Of a stretch of DNA of 64,000 nucleotides, positions 12,540 through 27,601 are shown one piece after another. The notes below the pieces were generated by a model. That model made no database searches. It saw nothing but the letters and a program-made list of their open reading frames with translations, and had not been told where the DNA came from. The DNA is from Trichoplax sp. H2 (Eukaryota): contig NOWV01000001.1 in NCBI GenBank assembly GCA_003344405.1, forward strand, positions 1,178,001 through 1,242,000. The letters run 5' to 3'. A program made the translations under genes and the position numbers. How positions within the stretch are numbered: position 1 is the first letter of the stretch; every line of letters starts with the position of its first letter.

Positions 12540-14093
12540 TTTGCCGATTTATTATTTAAATGCTGATTGATCATTATTCGTTATGGGATAGATCCGATAA
12601 CCTCATCAATTGTTAGCAAGATTATACACTTTCAAGTCCGTCAGAAAAATAGATTGTATTCTTGATTATTTCTCTCGCTCATTTATACTTTCTTAAAGGA
12701 GATGACTTGCATAATTCTTTATTCCGCCCTTTGATTGATATTTTAAATTATGATGTTTTTTCTGAAAGTTACTATACCTCACTACAAAGTACAATTATAT
12801 TAGATACAGATTATTATGCAGCTACGATGTAGCTTAAATAATATTCTTGGCCATTAACTCAACCACGTACAACTTTAGTCTAATGATTGCGAATATCCTT
12901 ATTGATATGCTTTCTTTACAACTTACAGCTTCTTAAGTAGGATCTAATCTAATTTCAAAATACGAAATAGAAGAAAATATTGTCACTGTGTTAGTTGGTA
13001 TATTGGTTAATTACTATGGAGTAGCACAGATATGAATGATAATTTTACTTAATTTTATGTAGGCTGTCGTTGCGCTAACAAGGCACTAAAAATTAGAATT
13101 GTAATTGCTTGCTTTCCCGAAATCATTACTATAGGAAGTATTACACAAAATCATAATTATTAAATATTATTAACGACTTAGATCAATTACTGCTAGAGTA
13201 ATAATATCTGGATTTCATTCGTTATAAAGTAACCGTCATATTTTTATACATGGTGTTGTAGGGCTTTAATTAAAATGGGAAGACTGACTTTACAGTAATA
13301 AATAAATAGCTACATTTAATTAATATACATATATAGCCATGTTATAAAGAAATAAGTTTAAAACTTTCCCTAGATCTAGGCTACATAGTGATCAAAATTA
13401 AAACTTACTTCATGTGTTAAATATGTATTAACTACCGCTACAGTAATTGCAAATTAAATTATATTTATACCTACACTGCTTGATGTTGGCTACATTCTGA
13501 AACTAAGCATTTATATTAATCTTTGCGTCAGCATTTGCAAACTCTACGACGCAAGGATTTTATTGACAATATGATAGTAACTTTACAGCAAGACTATATT
13601 ATACAAAACTCTACAGCAATATTATATTCAAGAATCAGGTCGTCCACGAATAATGCTGAATTACATTTGTGTATAATGCTTAAGTATATAGAAAGATATT
13701 CGACGGATAATATAAGTATAACAGAATATAATTTTAGTAGGAAGCCTAATAGCATAATTTAGAATGATCGTAATTTAAAGTCGCATTCTTTCCCTAATGT
13801 AGGAAAATGAGAATAATTTACTATCAAATATATTATAGCACATGGCATCAGATTTAATTGATAAAAAGCGCGATTAGATAATGCTATCCTTTGTAGGAAT
13901 ATACTGTATATGTCAGGTCTGTGAGTACTTAATGATAGAATCTTCGGCCATAAAATATTGGCCGAATTAAATATTATCAAATCATATAGATACATACAGT
14001 CCATGACAGTTTTATACAAGTAAGCTTCTATAAAGGAAGGCTGTATAACATTCTTATTGCTATGAATACGTAACACAAAATCTTTCCGTGATT

Positions 14094-17000
14094 TTATCCC
14101 TGAAATAAGTTGACTCGATTACAATCGGTTGTTCCATTGTTTTTCGGTGATTCTTGCACCGGAGCGAGACTACTGCCCGTTTGGGTTTGATCATCACTAG
14201 GACTTTGTTCTACACCAGAATCCACACTATTGATATATAACGTATTGAATGTAAATTAGTGCTAAATTTATGTCATATCAATAATTTAATTCAGTTGGAG
14301 TCCAGCAAATATATAAATCATACACACTTTGTCGCGTGACCAGCAATTTCAGTGTCTATAAATTTATATAATTCAGATGTAGAGGGAGTCTTGATTTTGT
14401 AGCGATCGTAACTAGCCTTTCCGGCAACCGGTGTGGATAAGTCTTACGAAAACGATTTTGAAAATGATTTTATAGCTTCAATAACTTAAATTGTTCATAG
14501 CATAATGCAAAAGTACAACATGGCATTGAAAGCTGACGTATTTTAATTATAATTACTTTATATTAATAATAGTCCCATACCTTGTGATTTCTCAAATGAT
14601 AGAGGAGATGCACCAATTTGTGCCTCTAATAAAGCCACTCGATCACTTTCGAATTCTTTTCGCTAACCAAATATAAATATATCATCAGCTAATCATATCG
14701 ATATAGTAAAAATGTAAAGGGAAAGCTTGAAAATTTATTTTATTACCTCGCGGTTTAATTTGACGGCAGCTTCTGCCACAAGAGCCCTTTCCTTCTCAAG
14801 AGATTCCTTCTGCTTTCGTAATTCAGCCTTTAAATTCTCGACCTCCTCCTTCTCTGCATATAAAAGCGACTCATTCTGGAATAGTAACAATATATCTAAA
14901 ATGAGTTAATGCTAATTAAACTATCGATTTCAAATTGTACACGAAATTAAAAATTTACCAAGACATGGGTATCGTTCTTGATATCACTCTGAGCATTTTG
15001 GAATTCCTGCAGTTGTATGTAACATGATATTATATTGTAAAAGATTTTGAGAATTTGATAATAGCATCATAAAAGATCCTTGACGTACATGAATAACTTT
15101 GTCTCGCTCCGATATTTTTAATAAACATTCCTGCAATTCCAGTTTTAGACTATCGATTTCATTCACATTGGCATCTAAATTTTGACCAGCAGTGTCTTCA
15201 AGAGATAGTAAATAAGTTTAACGTATTAAAAACATTAGAAGTATTTATAGTGATTGCCATCAATAAAGACTGTAATTAGTAATTAGAAGAAACCTATCGT
15301 TTGTTTAAGGGATGACAAAATAGCTTTATCAAAGTTATCCCACATATTCTGGAGAGTAGTTTCAATAGCTATAAATGAAAGATTCAAGATGTTAGAATCA
15401 AGATCAAAATTGTAACTAAGACTGGTATGTTATGGCAATTCACTTACTATCCCTTGACATCTCAAGTGGTAATTGAAAAATACCGTCAGGTAAAATATTT
15501 GGGTCCAACTGCTGCAAATTTTCGTCTGCAGCTTCTGCAAGATTGTGCTGAAAGAAAAGCGCACTTTTACTATTTGCTCAAATCACATACATAGACGATG
15601 ATGATGCTACCTTTCCTTCGAATTTCCATTGTAGTCGTACTAAATTGCTATATATACTATTGGCAAAGTCCCGATAAGTACTATTTTCCATTATCAGATC
15701 CTACGTCAAAAAGTGTTAAAATTAGTAAAAGTAAATGCCTTTATCTCACATTTTGAATCCTATAAAAATTTATAGCTTACTTTTACTTTATCTTCGTATC
15801 CACACACGATTGATTGGTACATTTCTTCATCATCCCTGTACAGTAGGAATAACATTACAACTTAAAATAACCCGATAAATGGACTTAGAGAATGACATAA
15901 TTTGAATACTGGTAAAATTATCGTTCATACTTAGCCTTGGTCTTCCATACAGCACGTTTACCGTTAGGATTCTGCAGTGAGTTTAGAACATCCATGCCAG
16001 CTTTTTTTGCTTGATTTTTGTCTGACATGAACTGAGTTTGATTAAAGAATGGCCGTATATTTTATAAGATTAAATATTGTATCGTGATTTGATATTAATT
16101 TTTGAATGAGTAGAAGTCATGTCATATCTTACGACGTTTAATCTCTCTTTTAGTCTTGTATTAATTTTTTCCATTTTATTCATTTCCTTTTTTTGCTGAT
16201 TTTTTATATACTGTACGTTGCTTCTTAATTTCTTCAGCTTTAATCAATTTCATATAAGAATGAAAATGTAAGATACTCGTATATACATGCAGTAGTTCAT
16301 AATTACATGTGTACAGTATATACGTGGACATTACAAAAATGATCGGAGATTAAATTTGAATCAACTCTTCATCAATATTAAATATGTGACCTTGCGTAGC
16401 TCAAAGAATTTTAATAATTGAAATCTCCATACCTCATCCTTTTCACCTTTTAATTTACTATTCAACGACTTAATTTTCTCTTCTAACTGTCGATTTTGCT
16501 CGCTAATGCTTTGATTTTCTCGCAACGATTTGTCGAGTTCGTCCTATTGCAACGAAAAGTCACTATAAGAACTAGCACGATAGTGTAATAGATTTTATTA
16601 AGTTATGGGTAAAAACATGGTAACTACGTCAATCAGCAGCAAAATCGGAGCATGTCTACAAAATGAAATGTTTGATTTTGTGCATACTAACCAATAAACA
16701 GAATTATCAGTATCTTTACCTTGTATAGTTTTTGACTTCTTTGAGCGGTTTGCATATCACTATTGCTTCGCAATAGTCTGAAATTATTAAGACGACGAAC
16801 TTTTTTAGTGCAATAGATGGTAGTGCATACTCTAATTATCGAAGCGCTAGATACTTAAGTTAACACATGATTACAGTATTAGATCGACATTCGCATAGGT
16901 GCAGCGTGGAATAAATCAATATAGGAATAAGTAATATGATTATAGATTAAATTGCATAATTATGCATTTAGTAACCTCATACAGTAATAGGATATATGAC

Positions 17001-17645
17001 ATGTCATAGGAACTTAACTAATAATTAATTGTATTATTTATATATTATTATCGTTACTTGTCTTGGAGATCTTCTCTAATTTTCATATCATGACGATGTT
17101 GTTGTAGTAATACATATAAGTGATTCAATAATTCAATGGTTAAAGTACGCGAATTTTCTGATGACGCTTGTAGGGCCTGAAATCCATGTACTTGTAATTC
17201 CTAGAAAAGTGTATTAAAATGGAGAATTAATCTTATCTTATTACCCTAACCTATCCATGAATATCATCCTTATCAACTGCATTACAATATATATCAAAGA
17301 AAATCTTATGTAGCTGGAAGCCTAAAAGAGGTCAAACTGTGTCAATTTGAAAAATACAACTCATTTAATGAACAGAATAGTAATAGTTCTGAGGCACTAC
17401 TGTACTTTATCCATGAACAAGTGAGACACTGCAGTATCAGCAGGTACGGTTTCTAATGGAAATAGCTCAAGTTTAGTCATGCTAAAGTAATTTGTACACT
17501 GAGTTACGTTGTAGTGATTCCTAGTTAAATGATGATAAAATTTCATCCATACCTGGTTCATATACGTTATACAGTCGTTAACGTTATCATCACCGGAACA
17601 AAACCGATTTTCTTTTTCTTCTTTTAATGCATAAAATGATTCCAT
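14094..17645 (-). CDS. SSX2IP: SSX2IP/ADIP (Msd1-like) centriolar-satellite coiled-coil protein, multi-exon
   Basis: Spliced exons give FCSGDDNVNDCITYMNQ|ELQVHGF, GKRAVWKTKAK|DDEEMYQSIV and KESLEKERALVAEAAVKLNRE|RKEFESDR, matching recalled SSX2IP motifs ([44 protein letters not shown]). Exon 1 is 17645-17553 and exon 2 is 17200-17058. The 3' end is less certain. Confidence 0.8.
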
Positions 17646-18279
17646 GTTTGTTGTTTCAAGTTCTTCCTTTACCGAAATACGTATGTGATTCAATTGCGAG
17701 TAAACTACGATCGAGTAATATAGTATGTTATCAATTTCACCAATGATATCTAATTTACGCTATCGAAGACAATACGCCTTTGACTTTACTATTCTGTGCC
17801 AGTCAGCAAAAGGTAGATACGTATTTAGCAGCAACTAAAATAAGTCCGGTTATGATTGATTACAAATCAGCACCAGAATATTCGAGTTCAAGGCGTGAAA
17901 AATAACAAGCGAACATTTAACTTTGATACGTCGATGAATGCACAGTCAGTTCTAGCCTTGATTCATCGAATAGTAAGTATCCAGTACACTTCCTAGTGCT
18001 TCTAATCGAAATCCGACAGGCTCTTAGTGTAATAAATCATTTACAGTTAATAATATTCTTCCTAGTTTGCTGGTTGTGAGTGATGCAGATTAATTGATTT
18101 ATTTACTAAATTAGCAACCGTAACAAATTTGAAATATTGCAAACCGATGTTACGGATATGCGCATGCTCGTGTCAGGTCGCTAAGTAGTTGTTTTCGTCT
18201 ACGATCATGTATCCGCTGGTGCATTCTCTATGACGTTATAGCCAGTTTGGGTACTTTCCCTGCGAAGATGTTACGCCGT

Positions 18280-18362
18280 GTATACTGCATTACACGCCAA
18301 TACACGGTATACAGTAACTGTAATCACTCGGCCATCCACCAGTACTGTACTAGTGTACAGTA
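18280..18362. repeat. Short TACAG/CTGTA array upstream of SSX2IP
   Basis: tatacagtaactgta and cagtactgtactagtgtacagta. Confidence 0.65.
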
Positions 18363-19872
18363 TGGAAAGTGTCGAGCTAGGGGTCTAAAGGGGGCGCGCA
18401 CCATTGTTAGCCATGTTTTGAAATTTTTCCTTCGCAATCTATAAAATGTCTCTTGCTCGATGCTTTACTTTGTCGTGTCTGTAATAAAATTCATGAGCCA
18501 ACAGGAATAAGCTTTCTCCACTTCATATATGGATATGCAAAAAGTGACAGCATGAACTAGTATTTTCTCCTTCAACAGCAGACGGCATGACTGCAGTAGA
18601 ATGAAATGTCGTGTTTTCATTCCACAGCTCTAAACAAAAAGGAAAACTGCTCTTCTAAACGTTACATTATGCGAGTATATAACTAATTACTTAAAGACGG
18701 AGAGCTTTAAGTATGTAGCCTACTTTTTGTTGGAAAGCTCGTTTGCATGCCCGTGATAGGATGTGACTAGTTCAATATTATTCTCGGAGGCTCACGTAGA
18801 TGCAGGAAGGAGTCAATGACTGTGAGTATAGGAATATGCATTAGTTTTTGATTGCATCTTCATTCAGCGTTGAGGTGCAACCGCGATAGGCACTCATCCA
18901 TTTACATTTTATTTTATCTTACACTTGGATCAGTATAGTCAATTCTTGGGCTTGTACTATTGGAAATATTTCTGTAAATGTAGAGTTAACCGTAGAGCAC
19001 ATTCACATTCGGCTTGAACTAACCAATTTAAGATAAAAATAAAAAGTGTATGTCTTTTCCTTCTATCATTTTCAACTTTCTTTAGCAGAACAGAGTTGCT
19101 TATTTACTCCTATTCGATTTAAACTCCTAATGAAATTAATGAAAACTACAATGCGGGTGCCATCTGAATACAGTATAATAAACGTACAGATTATTTTGGT
19201 CTAAAAGCGGAATCATTCCTTTCAGATTTGTTAACCTTGTCACTATAGCGGATGCTATATAAAAGCTGTAAACACATTTAGATAATTGAAGTAATTTTTT
19301 CTAGTTAATGCATCGTAGATCGAACCTCTGACACCCCTAATGCATCCTACCCTAAGATATATGTAGATAGCAAAAAGTACCGCAGGAGACATCTATTAAA
19401 TCTTTAGAATTTATCACGGGTTAGTAACAATACTAGAATGCCTTTGCAATGATTCAGTAATGAAGCTGAAAGTAAGTTTAAAATAAGTTTAATAAATGTG
19501 AAAAAAAGATAATTTAGGTTGCTATATAGGTCCAAAAGGTATATGGGCTTGAGGTTTATTTCTAAACTTCCATAAACTTTTTTTATTTCTAAAAGACCAA
19601 ATTTTCGATCAATTTATCATCATTTAAAGAAAATGAATATCATAATTTTCTCTGCATTAAATTGGCATGTACGTAAAATATGAACAATCCGAGGTACATC
19701 TTCTCGTAAAATAATGATTCTGTGTGATTCTTTATGTAAATGCTTGTAACTTTGAGGCTCTATCAGGCATGATACATAACTCCGAGCTTGCAGCTCGTTC
19801 GCAAGACCATCATTTCGAATCTTATAGTGCATTTGCCAGAGCATTGGAAGAAACGAAAGCAAACTTTTGATA

Positions 19873-22840
19873 TTATTTGAGGTGCATTAGCATTAAGTGA
19901 GGATTTTCTACGAAAGACTTCCAAAGATTGGAAAAACGGGCCATCACAGCTCCTTCAATAATGCGATGATCTGCAGACCAGCTAACGTTCATTAATTTAG
20001 CTTCATGCACTTGTCCACTCTCATTGAATCTTGGAACAACCTGCCATTAGAATAACAGTTTAAAAAGAACATAGATAAATAATACAGTGGTTGCAGACAT
20101 GACAAAAACGTTTATAAAATTAGAAATACCTGTGTTCGGCCGAAAGCACCAATAACCACTTGCGGAGTCAGTATAACAGGATGTGAATAGGTACCTCCAA
20201 TCTAAAGAGATGTATCAATTACAAACGTTAGAATTTGTGATTACTTTAATTGGCAAACTATATTCTATTCCAGCTTTGACAAAAAAATGTTACGACTATA
20301 CACGTACAGATCCAATGTTAGACAAGGTAAATGTACCACCAGATAAATCATCCACTCCAAGTTTTCCAGCCATGCCTAATTCTCTTAGTCTGCTAAATTC
20401 TAATGACACGTCGACAAGTGATAATTCCTAGAAAAGAGTGTGCATCATTTGGCTATTCCTACGGTTCTTACCAGATTTTAAAGATTTATTTCATACTCTA
20501 TCTCGGTACCTGAACATTCTTGATATTCGGTACAATTAAGCCTTGTTCAGAATCCATAGCGAAGCCAACATTGTGAGAACTCTAACAACAATAACATGAT
20601 ATCGAGTCAGAAGCCATAAATTAAGAGTAATTTTTGATATTCATACCTTATATATAATATTTTCACAGTTTTCGTCAACGCTGCTATTTAAAATTGGAAA
20701 TTCTTTTAGAGCAAGCGACGCCGCCTAAAGTGAAAGTAATAAGAGTTGTATAAATACTATTTACTTCATCAAGGAAGCAGAGAAAAGAGAACTGCGAATC
20801 TACCTTAATGAAAAAAGGCATCATTCCTATTGGAGTACTACCGCTTTGTTTCCATTTTGCGATTAAGCTGAAAGGGATTCGATAAAATAAAAAATCGATG
20901 TATTCTACTCTCAAGGGTAATAGTTAAGAACTGTATTTTCATACTTACTCAGATAAGGCATTCATAGAGATTTCATCACAATATCCAAACTGAGGAACTT
21001 TCAATGATTCGGTCATGGTTTTAACCATAGCCTTGCGAATTCCACGTATGGGAACAGGAACACCATCGTCAATGGGCGATTGCTTAGGAGTCGGTTTCGA
21101 CGAAATAGGCGCTGGTTCTTTAACGGTTTCTGAATGATATAATGTGTGCATTAACATTGCGAATTAGATTACGATCTTTGTTTGTAATACTGCAAAATTT
21201 TCATTTCCCTCGATGATTACTATCGTAACTTACCTGAAGCTTGTGGTTGTTCAAGATATCGAAGCATATCTTCTTTTAAGACTCTCCCATCTTTTCCTGT
21301 AGCGGGTACTTTTGCCAGATCAATCTAAAATCAAATATGAGACTTTAAATTATCGCATAGAAATGCTATTACAATTGTTCTAGCAGTACTGACTTTATTT
21401 TCCATAGCAATTTTGCGAACAGCAGGAGTTGCTAACACCTTGTCAATGTTGAGATTGGCAGCTTCCACCTAGCGAAATAGATAATAACATCAGTTGACGC
21501 CCATGAGAGTAGAGTAGAGTAGAAGTGATGGAGGAATTTTAGTATTGGTGAGTTATTGGTTGGAAACTTTTGTTCATTACGGTTACTTTGTAAAGCGTAG
21601 ACTATTCAATAGAACTTTTAGTGTTTCCAAACTACTTCAAGTTGATTATTTTCATTAATACCTTCCTGGACTGGGTTGCCTCTTTCGGGGTAGAATCCTG
21701 CTGTTCTGGAGTACTTTGAATGCCTTCTGAGTCGGCTGCATCATCATTTAATTCAATGTCAATTAGTGGAGTACCGACATTTGCGATATCATCAACCTCG
21801 TAGTAGAGTTTTGTAACAATTCCATCGTAGCGACTTGTGATTGTTACAGAGGCCTATCATTGCAAATAATTCATGTTAATCACTAAAGCATCACTGTAGG
21901 ACAATAAGTTTGGTTTTCTAGAGACACCATCATAGGCTGACCTTGTCACTTTGCACTTCGCATACATTATCAAACTGTGCAACAGGATCGCCAACTTTAA
22001 CAAACCTAAATTATTCCATTTATGAAAAGCGTAACTTATAATTTGCCAGCATTGAATCGATACGCAAAATAGATTAATATGACGGATTCATTTTTTCATG
22101 TAGAATTACCATTCTTTGATACTGACTTCGGTGATACCTTCACCGATGTCCGATAAATTGAAGGCAATAACCTTTCCCAACGAGGCTGTCAATAAAGTAG
22201 AGAGTGGATAAATAAATGTGTTTTATATTTACTGAAATGCAAGATATCAAGATATAGTTTCTTATCCAATTGTAGCCTATCCTCTATCTCGTATGCTCAA
22301 TCTGGCTTGGTTTTATCGTCTACTGTAATCGATCTACAGTACCTACACGGGCTTGTGTCAGAAATTTTCTTAACTAGTTTGCGGTGCCTACCTGTAGAAA
22401 TGCGCAACTGTCTTGACGAAATAGCGTTGAATGGATTGCATAAAGTCTTGCCACTATCGCGTATGCTCTACAACATGCAACAGATGATCATCGTCATAAA
22501 ACTAAGATTCCATCATGATTTCGTTATCCTCTATAGTCACTATCCATTGCTTAAAATTAGATTAGCAGAATTGGTATCAAGAGAACTAACCGTAGCGAGA
22601 GACTTTGTCGACGTGCAGCTATGGTTGATGAATGGGCATGACGATGTTAAAGTCCTACAAGCTCGACGAGCAGCTGGCCCCACTGACAGTCGCTATTTCA
22701 AATAATCAAAATGATAGACAGTCTTATACAATTCGTCTGTAGCTAATCATTCAAGATTGGCCTACCCTATTTCAACTTACAGCGGGCAAATGGCTAGGCA
22801 ATCGTCGGATGACTAGACGACTAGAGAGTAAAGCAGCCAT
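19873..22840 (-). CDS. DBT: Dihydrolipoamide branched-chain transacylase E2, multi-exon, with mitochondrial presequence
   Basis: Presequence [15 protein letters not shown]; lipoyl domain [13 protein letters not shown]...[19 protein letters not shown]3-binding [15 protein letters not shown]; catalytic domain ending [27 protein letters not shown]. Confidence 0.95.
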
Positions 22841-23616
22841 GGAGAAGATGAATTTTCCACCTTGGGAGACCACTCACGTATGTTGGTCATGGACAGGGGG
22901 TTATGGGTTGTGGTCGACTTATTACTCTACTGTCCCGAACAGCTCCTAGCTCAATACGCTTGCGTAGGATCATCATTAGCGTAGGCTGGAGGTTTCCCAT
23001 CGCTGTCTCAGTCGGTGCGGACACTGTACCATGTAACAGTGCAACAGCTGGTCTATTCCTGTAAGTTGTTGACTGTACTACGTTACTGTAGCCAGTTTGA
23101 TCACAGTACGTACAGTGTACAGTACAATCCAGTCCATCCCAATGATACTGTACCTTGTGCATAATAAGTTGTCACCTTCTCCCTTAAAAAGAGAATAAGC
23201 TCCTTGTTACTTTTTGGGGAGAAGGATGACAACTGCTATGTAAAGAGGATACCATTCTGATACTGTACTGTACAGTGTACAGTACTGTAGTCTCTGATGA
23301 AACGTACTGTACACTGTACAGTACTGTACTGTACTGTACTGTACTGTACTGTACACTGTACGCCCAATGTGTACAGTGTACAGTGTACAGTCTACAGTGA
23401 ATATGTACTTTGCACTGTATCCTTGTACTGTACTGTACTGTATAGCGTAGCGCGGTCGAAACGAGTCTAAACTACAGTACTGTACAGTACTATAGGCAAT
23501 GCAACATCAGCGATGTTGAGCTAGCTACTGCTATTTCCATCAAAATCCTTCATCTTTGAAGTGCGAGGTTGTCTGGCGATTGCTTGGCTTTTACAACAAG
23601 CTACAACAACTGTAAA
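22841..23616. promoter_or_regulatory. Bidirectional promoter DBT/CWC27 containing a dense (CTGTA)n/(TACAG)n array
   Basis: Divergent ATGs at 22840 and 23617. Pentamer arrays at ~23060-23160 and 23260-23495, e.g. gtactgtactgtactgtactgtactgtact. Confidence 0.8.
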
Positions 23617-26600
23617 ATGAGTAATATCTACATTACTGAACCGCCAACAAGTGGCAAGGTAAGATTACTTTAGACAGATTGACTATCATTCTGCTTCAAC
23701 TGTTGAAAACTGTTCTACTGGTGATGCTAGTACCTGCAGTAGCTCAAACGGCCACCACAGTAGCCAACAAGCTATCCCTCGATACAACCCTTGCAGCGCT
23801 CTACTTGCAGATCATGGATATTGGTAGTCTGGAAACGACTACCAAATCAATTGAGCTTATTCAACATTCAACAATTTGAATCCATATAGACAGCTTTTAC
23901 CATAGAACTTGGATATATCCTATAGTATTATCATACCATGCAATTTTCCAACAGTTACTATTATCCTTTGATATGAAATAAATACTCATAGTCTATCGTA
24001 CGTTTGCCTATTTCATCAACAGCTAAGGTATCTTGCCATCATGATATGCATGACGTTGCACATCTACAAAATGCCATTCCAAGATCTTCACTAGCTGTAT
24101 CTAATTTTCTTCCCTATTTCTTGCATAAACTACATGTTTGACATTATCTCATGGCTATACCGTATAGTAGATATTCCCAAAGATACCAGTATATTCGTGC
24201 AATGCATACTTGTAGTCCATTTTTGGGCAGTACTTGCCTTCAAACCGTTGAGGTCATTACAGTCATTATCAGGGAGGTCTTCAATTTGAACCTCAATACC
24301 TAGCCTGTAAACCATAATGATGTATTATTATAGTATGGCAATGATATCCAATATTGGCCTACGATAAAATAGTATATCTATCATAATTATTATAGTAAAT
24401 CAAACCAACATTGAATAATTGTCGAACTCATGAGATAATATCATCAACTCAAATAATGAATTAAACACAAACTTACAGTATGTTCATCCTTGAGCTAATT
24501 TGAATCAAAATGAAGTACGTTAATAAAAATAAATATGATTTTATAAACTCTGTATCAATAGCATTCTCAACAAAAATTTGATGTAACGTAGGTCTTGGTA
24601 GTAACTTCCTGTGGAGACATTGACATCGAATTATGGTCTAAAGAAGCACCTAAAGCTTGCAGAAACTTTATACAGCTATGCATGGAAGGCTATTATGATT
24701 CTACCGTCTTTCATAGGGTTGTCAAAAGTATGTATCTGAGACACATTCATAAGTAATCAGTAATCGATATGGCAATTAAAAATACTTTGACTTTTCAATT
24801 TTCTTCAAGTCGAATAAACATGCAGCTCGTCATAAATTTGTATCATCTACAGTGAACAAAATGTTTTGCTTCTAAACTAGATTTCATTATCCAAGGCGGA
24901 GATCCTACAGGAACTGGTCAAGGTTGCTTTTAGATTTAATTTTTGTCGGTATTAATGATTGTCAGTTCCACTGAGTAAAACAGATTTGTGCATGCAGAAT
25001 AATAATAGCTGTTAATGATGACGAAATATTGTACACATTAAGAGATAATTCTTCAATATCAACACTCTTACCAGCCTTAGTAGCGATAATTTAAATTAAA
25101 TTTATTCAAAAATTGTGAATTTAAACTAGTTATTCTTTATAATGCACATTAAAGTCAATGTACAGTAAATTGATGCATAATATAGAATTTGTACCGTATC
25201 AATTCAATGATATTTTCGACAAGTTTATAATAAGATAGCAATTAAGGTAGCTGTAATCAAGGCTAAATTTATGTAGCTGGATATTTAAATAGTCAAAGAT
25301 CAACTCACAAAGGCTCGCTTTAATTTTAAAATGTACCTTTATCTTAACTAGGTGGTGAATCCATCTACGGAAAATCATTCCAGGTAAGATCTGTAACTTA
25401 AAATCAATATTATGCAGCGTTTAAATTAGCTCTAGATCTTCACTTTGTATCATCATTAATGGACAATACAATTTCTGGCCTAGAAATTTGTATAATATTG
25501 ACGTTTGATAGATATCTACTATGTAATATTATAACAGGACGAATTTCATCAACGACTAAGATACACGCGAAGGGGTTTAGTCGGTGTAGCCAATTATGGA
25601 CCGAATACAAATGGTAGTCAATTTTTTTTTACCTTAGACCGAGCTGATGAATTAAACGGCAAGAACACTATATTTGGAAAGGTTGGCTATAGATTCCCTA
25701 AATAATTACTAAAAGAATAAATCGTTTGATCCATACTGATATGTACATAATAATACAATTTATTACTGTTGACGACTTAGGTCACCGGTAATACTATCTA
25801 TAATGTACTTAAAATTGCTGAGGTTGAAACTGATGGGAACGATCGACCACTTTATCCTCCAAAAATTATTAAAACAGAGGTGATGTTCTTGCACTGTATA
25901 GACTGTGTCACAATTGGATAGTGAAATTAAGAATTGTGTAGATATTATCTTGTTTTGCAGATTATATGATAAACCTTTGTAATAACATTGCTGATCATCT
26001 ATGATGTAGGTACTTGCAAATCCTTTCGACGATATTGTTCCTAGATTACTGCAAAAAGCTAAGCCTAAGGTTGAAATTGAAGCAAAGAAGCAGGCAAAAT
26101 CAGCAGCAACAAAGTACAGTATTTAAAACTTGTCTATATGATGCAGTCACTTAATTTTAGCTAGTTGTGTTTAATCAGTATCTTTCTATCACAACAAATT
26201 TTAATTTTTATCTAGAAACTTTAAATTACTGTCTTTTGGGATGGAAGAAGAAGAAGATGACGGTGATGTTGCAGCTACATCCACAGATCGCAAAATTAGG
26301 AGTAGTCATGATGTCCTTGATGATCCAAAACTAAGTGCTGAGCCAGCCATCGAGTCAAGCAGTAAAAGGCGACTTTCTGACGATGAAGAAGTTAGACTCT
26401 TGTATAGCCGTAATTATTGTAAAGTGACAATTAATTTAATTATTTAATGATATTTCTTACGTGATTTTAGAATGTATCGGAAGAATATGACAACCTCATG
26501 AAAGAACGGATTAGGAATAAACTACAGAATAGGAATCAAATTGAAAAACCAGTTATTGAAACGCAGGAAAAGAAGATTTCTAGAACGTAAGATTGATACT

Positions 26601-27601
26601 ACTATTCCTGCTACCATTTCAGTTTCGTAAACTAGACATTTTGAAAATTAACATTTATTGTTTATTTAAAAATTGTTAGTTGTAAAATTTTCATTCATTA
26701 CATCGATATTACTTTAGTGAAGAGTTACGAAAAGAGGCAAAAGTACTGATGCGAGAAATAAAAAAATCCCGCAAACAGGAAACAGTAAAGGATGAATCAG
26801 ATGGTATCGAAAATTTGCAAAGCATAATTTATTATTATACGTATAAGTACCTAGTAAATAACTTGTATTAAAAACATAATGACAGATGATGAGGATGAAG
26901 AAGAGGGTGAAAATGAAGTTATGAAAGAGTATAGAGAGCAACAGCAGAAATACTCTACGAATAAAAACTTACGAAAGGACTCTAATAGGGAAAAGAAGGT
27001 ACATACACATGCAGTAGATGTGTCATTCCTATGGAGCGATAACAGTAAAATGTACCAGTAGAGTGAATATGACAGTAGTATATTTACAGTTTTTAAATCT
27101 GCACAAATTGAATGATAAATGAACTCTTCAATCGGTATCTGGTATATAATATAATCCTCGAATAGGCTACATATAAATTTTATATCCGAATTTTAGACTC
27201 TTGAATTCTTAGCGAAATTCCAATCAAAGCTTCAAGCAGCAAGAAGTATGCCTTCGGATAACGACTCCATGAATACTGATGGAAAAGATAATAAGTCCTT
27301 ATTGACTAATGATGAAGATACAGATGAAGATGTTCAAGATGATAGCTGGTATGTAAATCGTTATCAATCAATACCGATTGAATACTGACGATATAGAATT
27401 TAAATCATAAGACAAGAATCATAGAATAGAGTATCTAATAGACTTTATTGCAATGATAGGATGTCTATTCGATTGGATATCGATAATACAGAACATAAAT
27501 CTAGGGATCCGAATAAGCAAGACGTCGACGCCTACCATATTTACGATCCGAGAAATCCGATCAACAAGAGACGACGTGAAAAAGGAAAAGAGAGACGTTA
27601 A
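23617..27601 (+). CDS. CWC27: Spliceosome-associated cyclophilin CWC27 (SDCCAG10), multi-exon
   Basis: MSNIYITEPPTSGK|V...GDIDIELWSKEAPKACRNFIQLCMEGYY; FIIQGGDPTGTG; NFKLLSFG; SSHDVLDDPKLS; C-terminal IYDPRNPINKRRRE. Confidence 0.95.

Noticed and set aside
22307-22705. 132-aa plus-strand ORF
   Set aside because: Antisense to DBT exons 2-3, non-ATG start, no recognisable motif.
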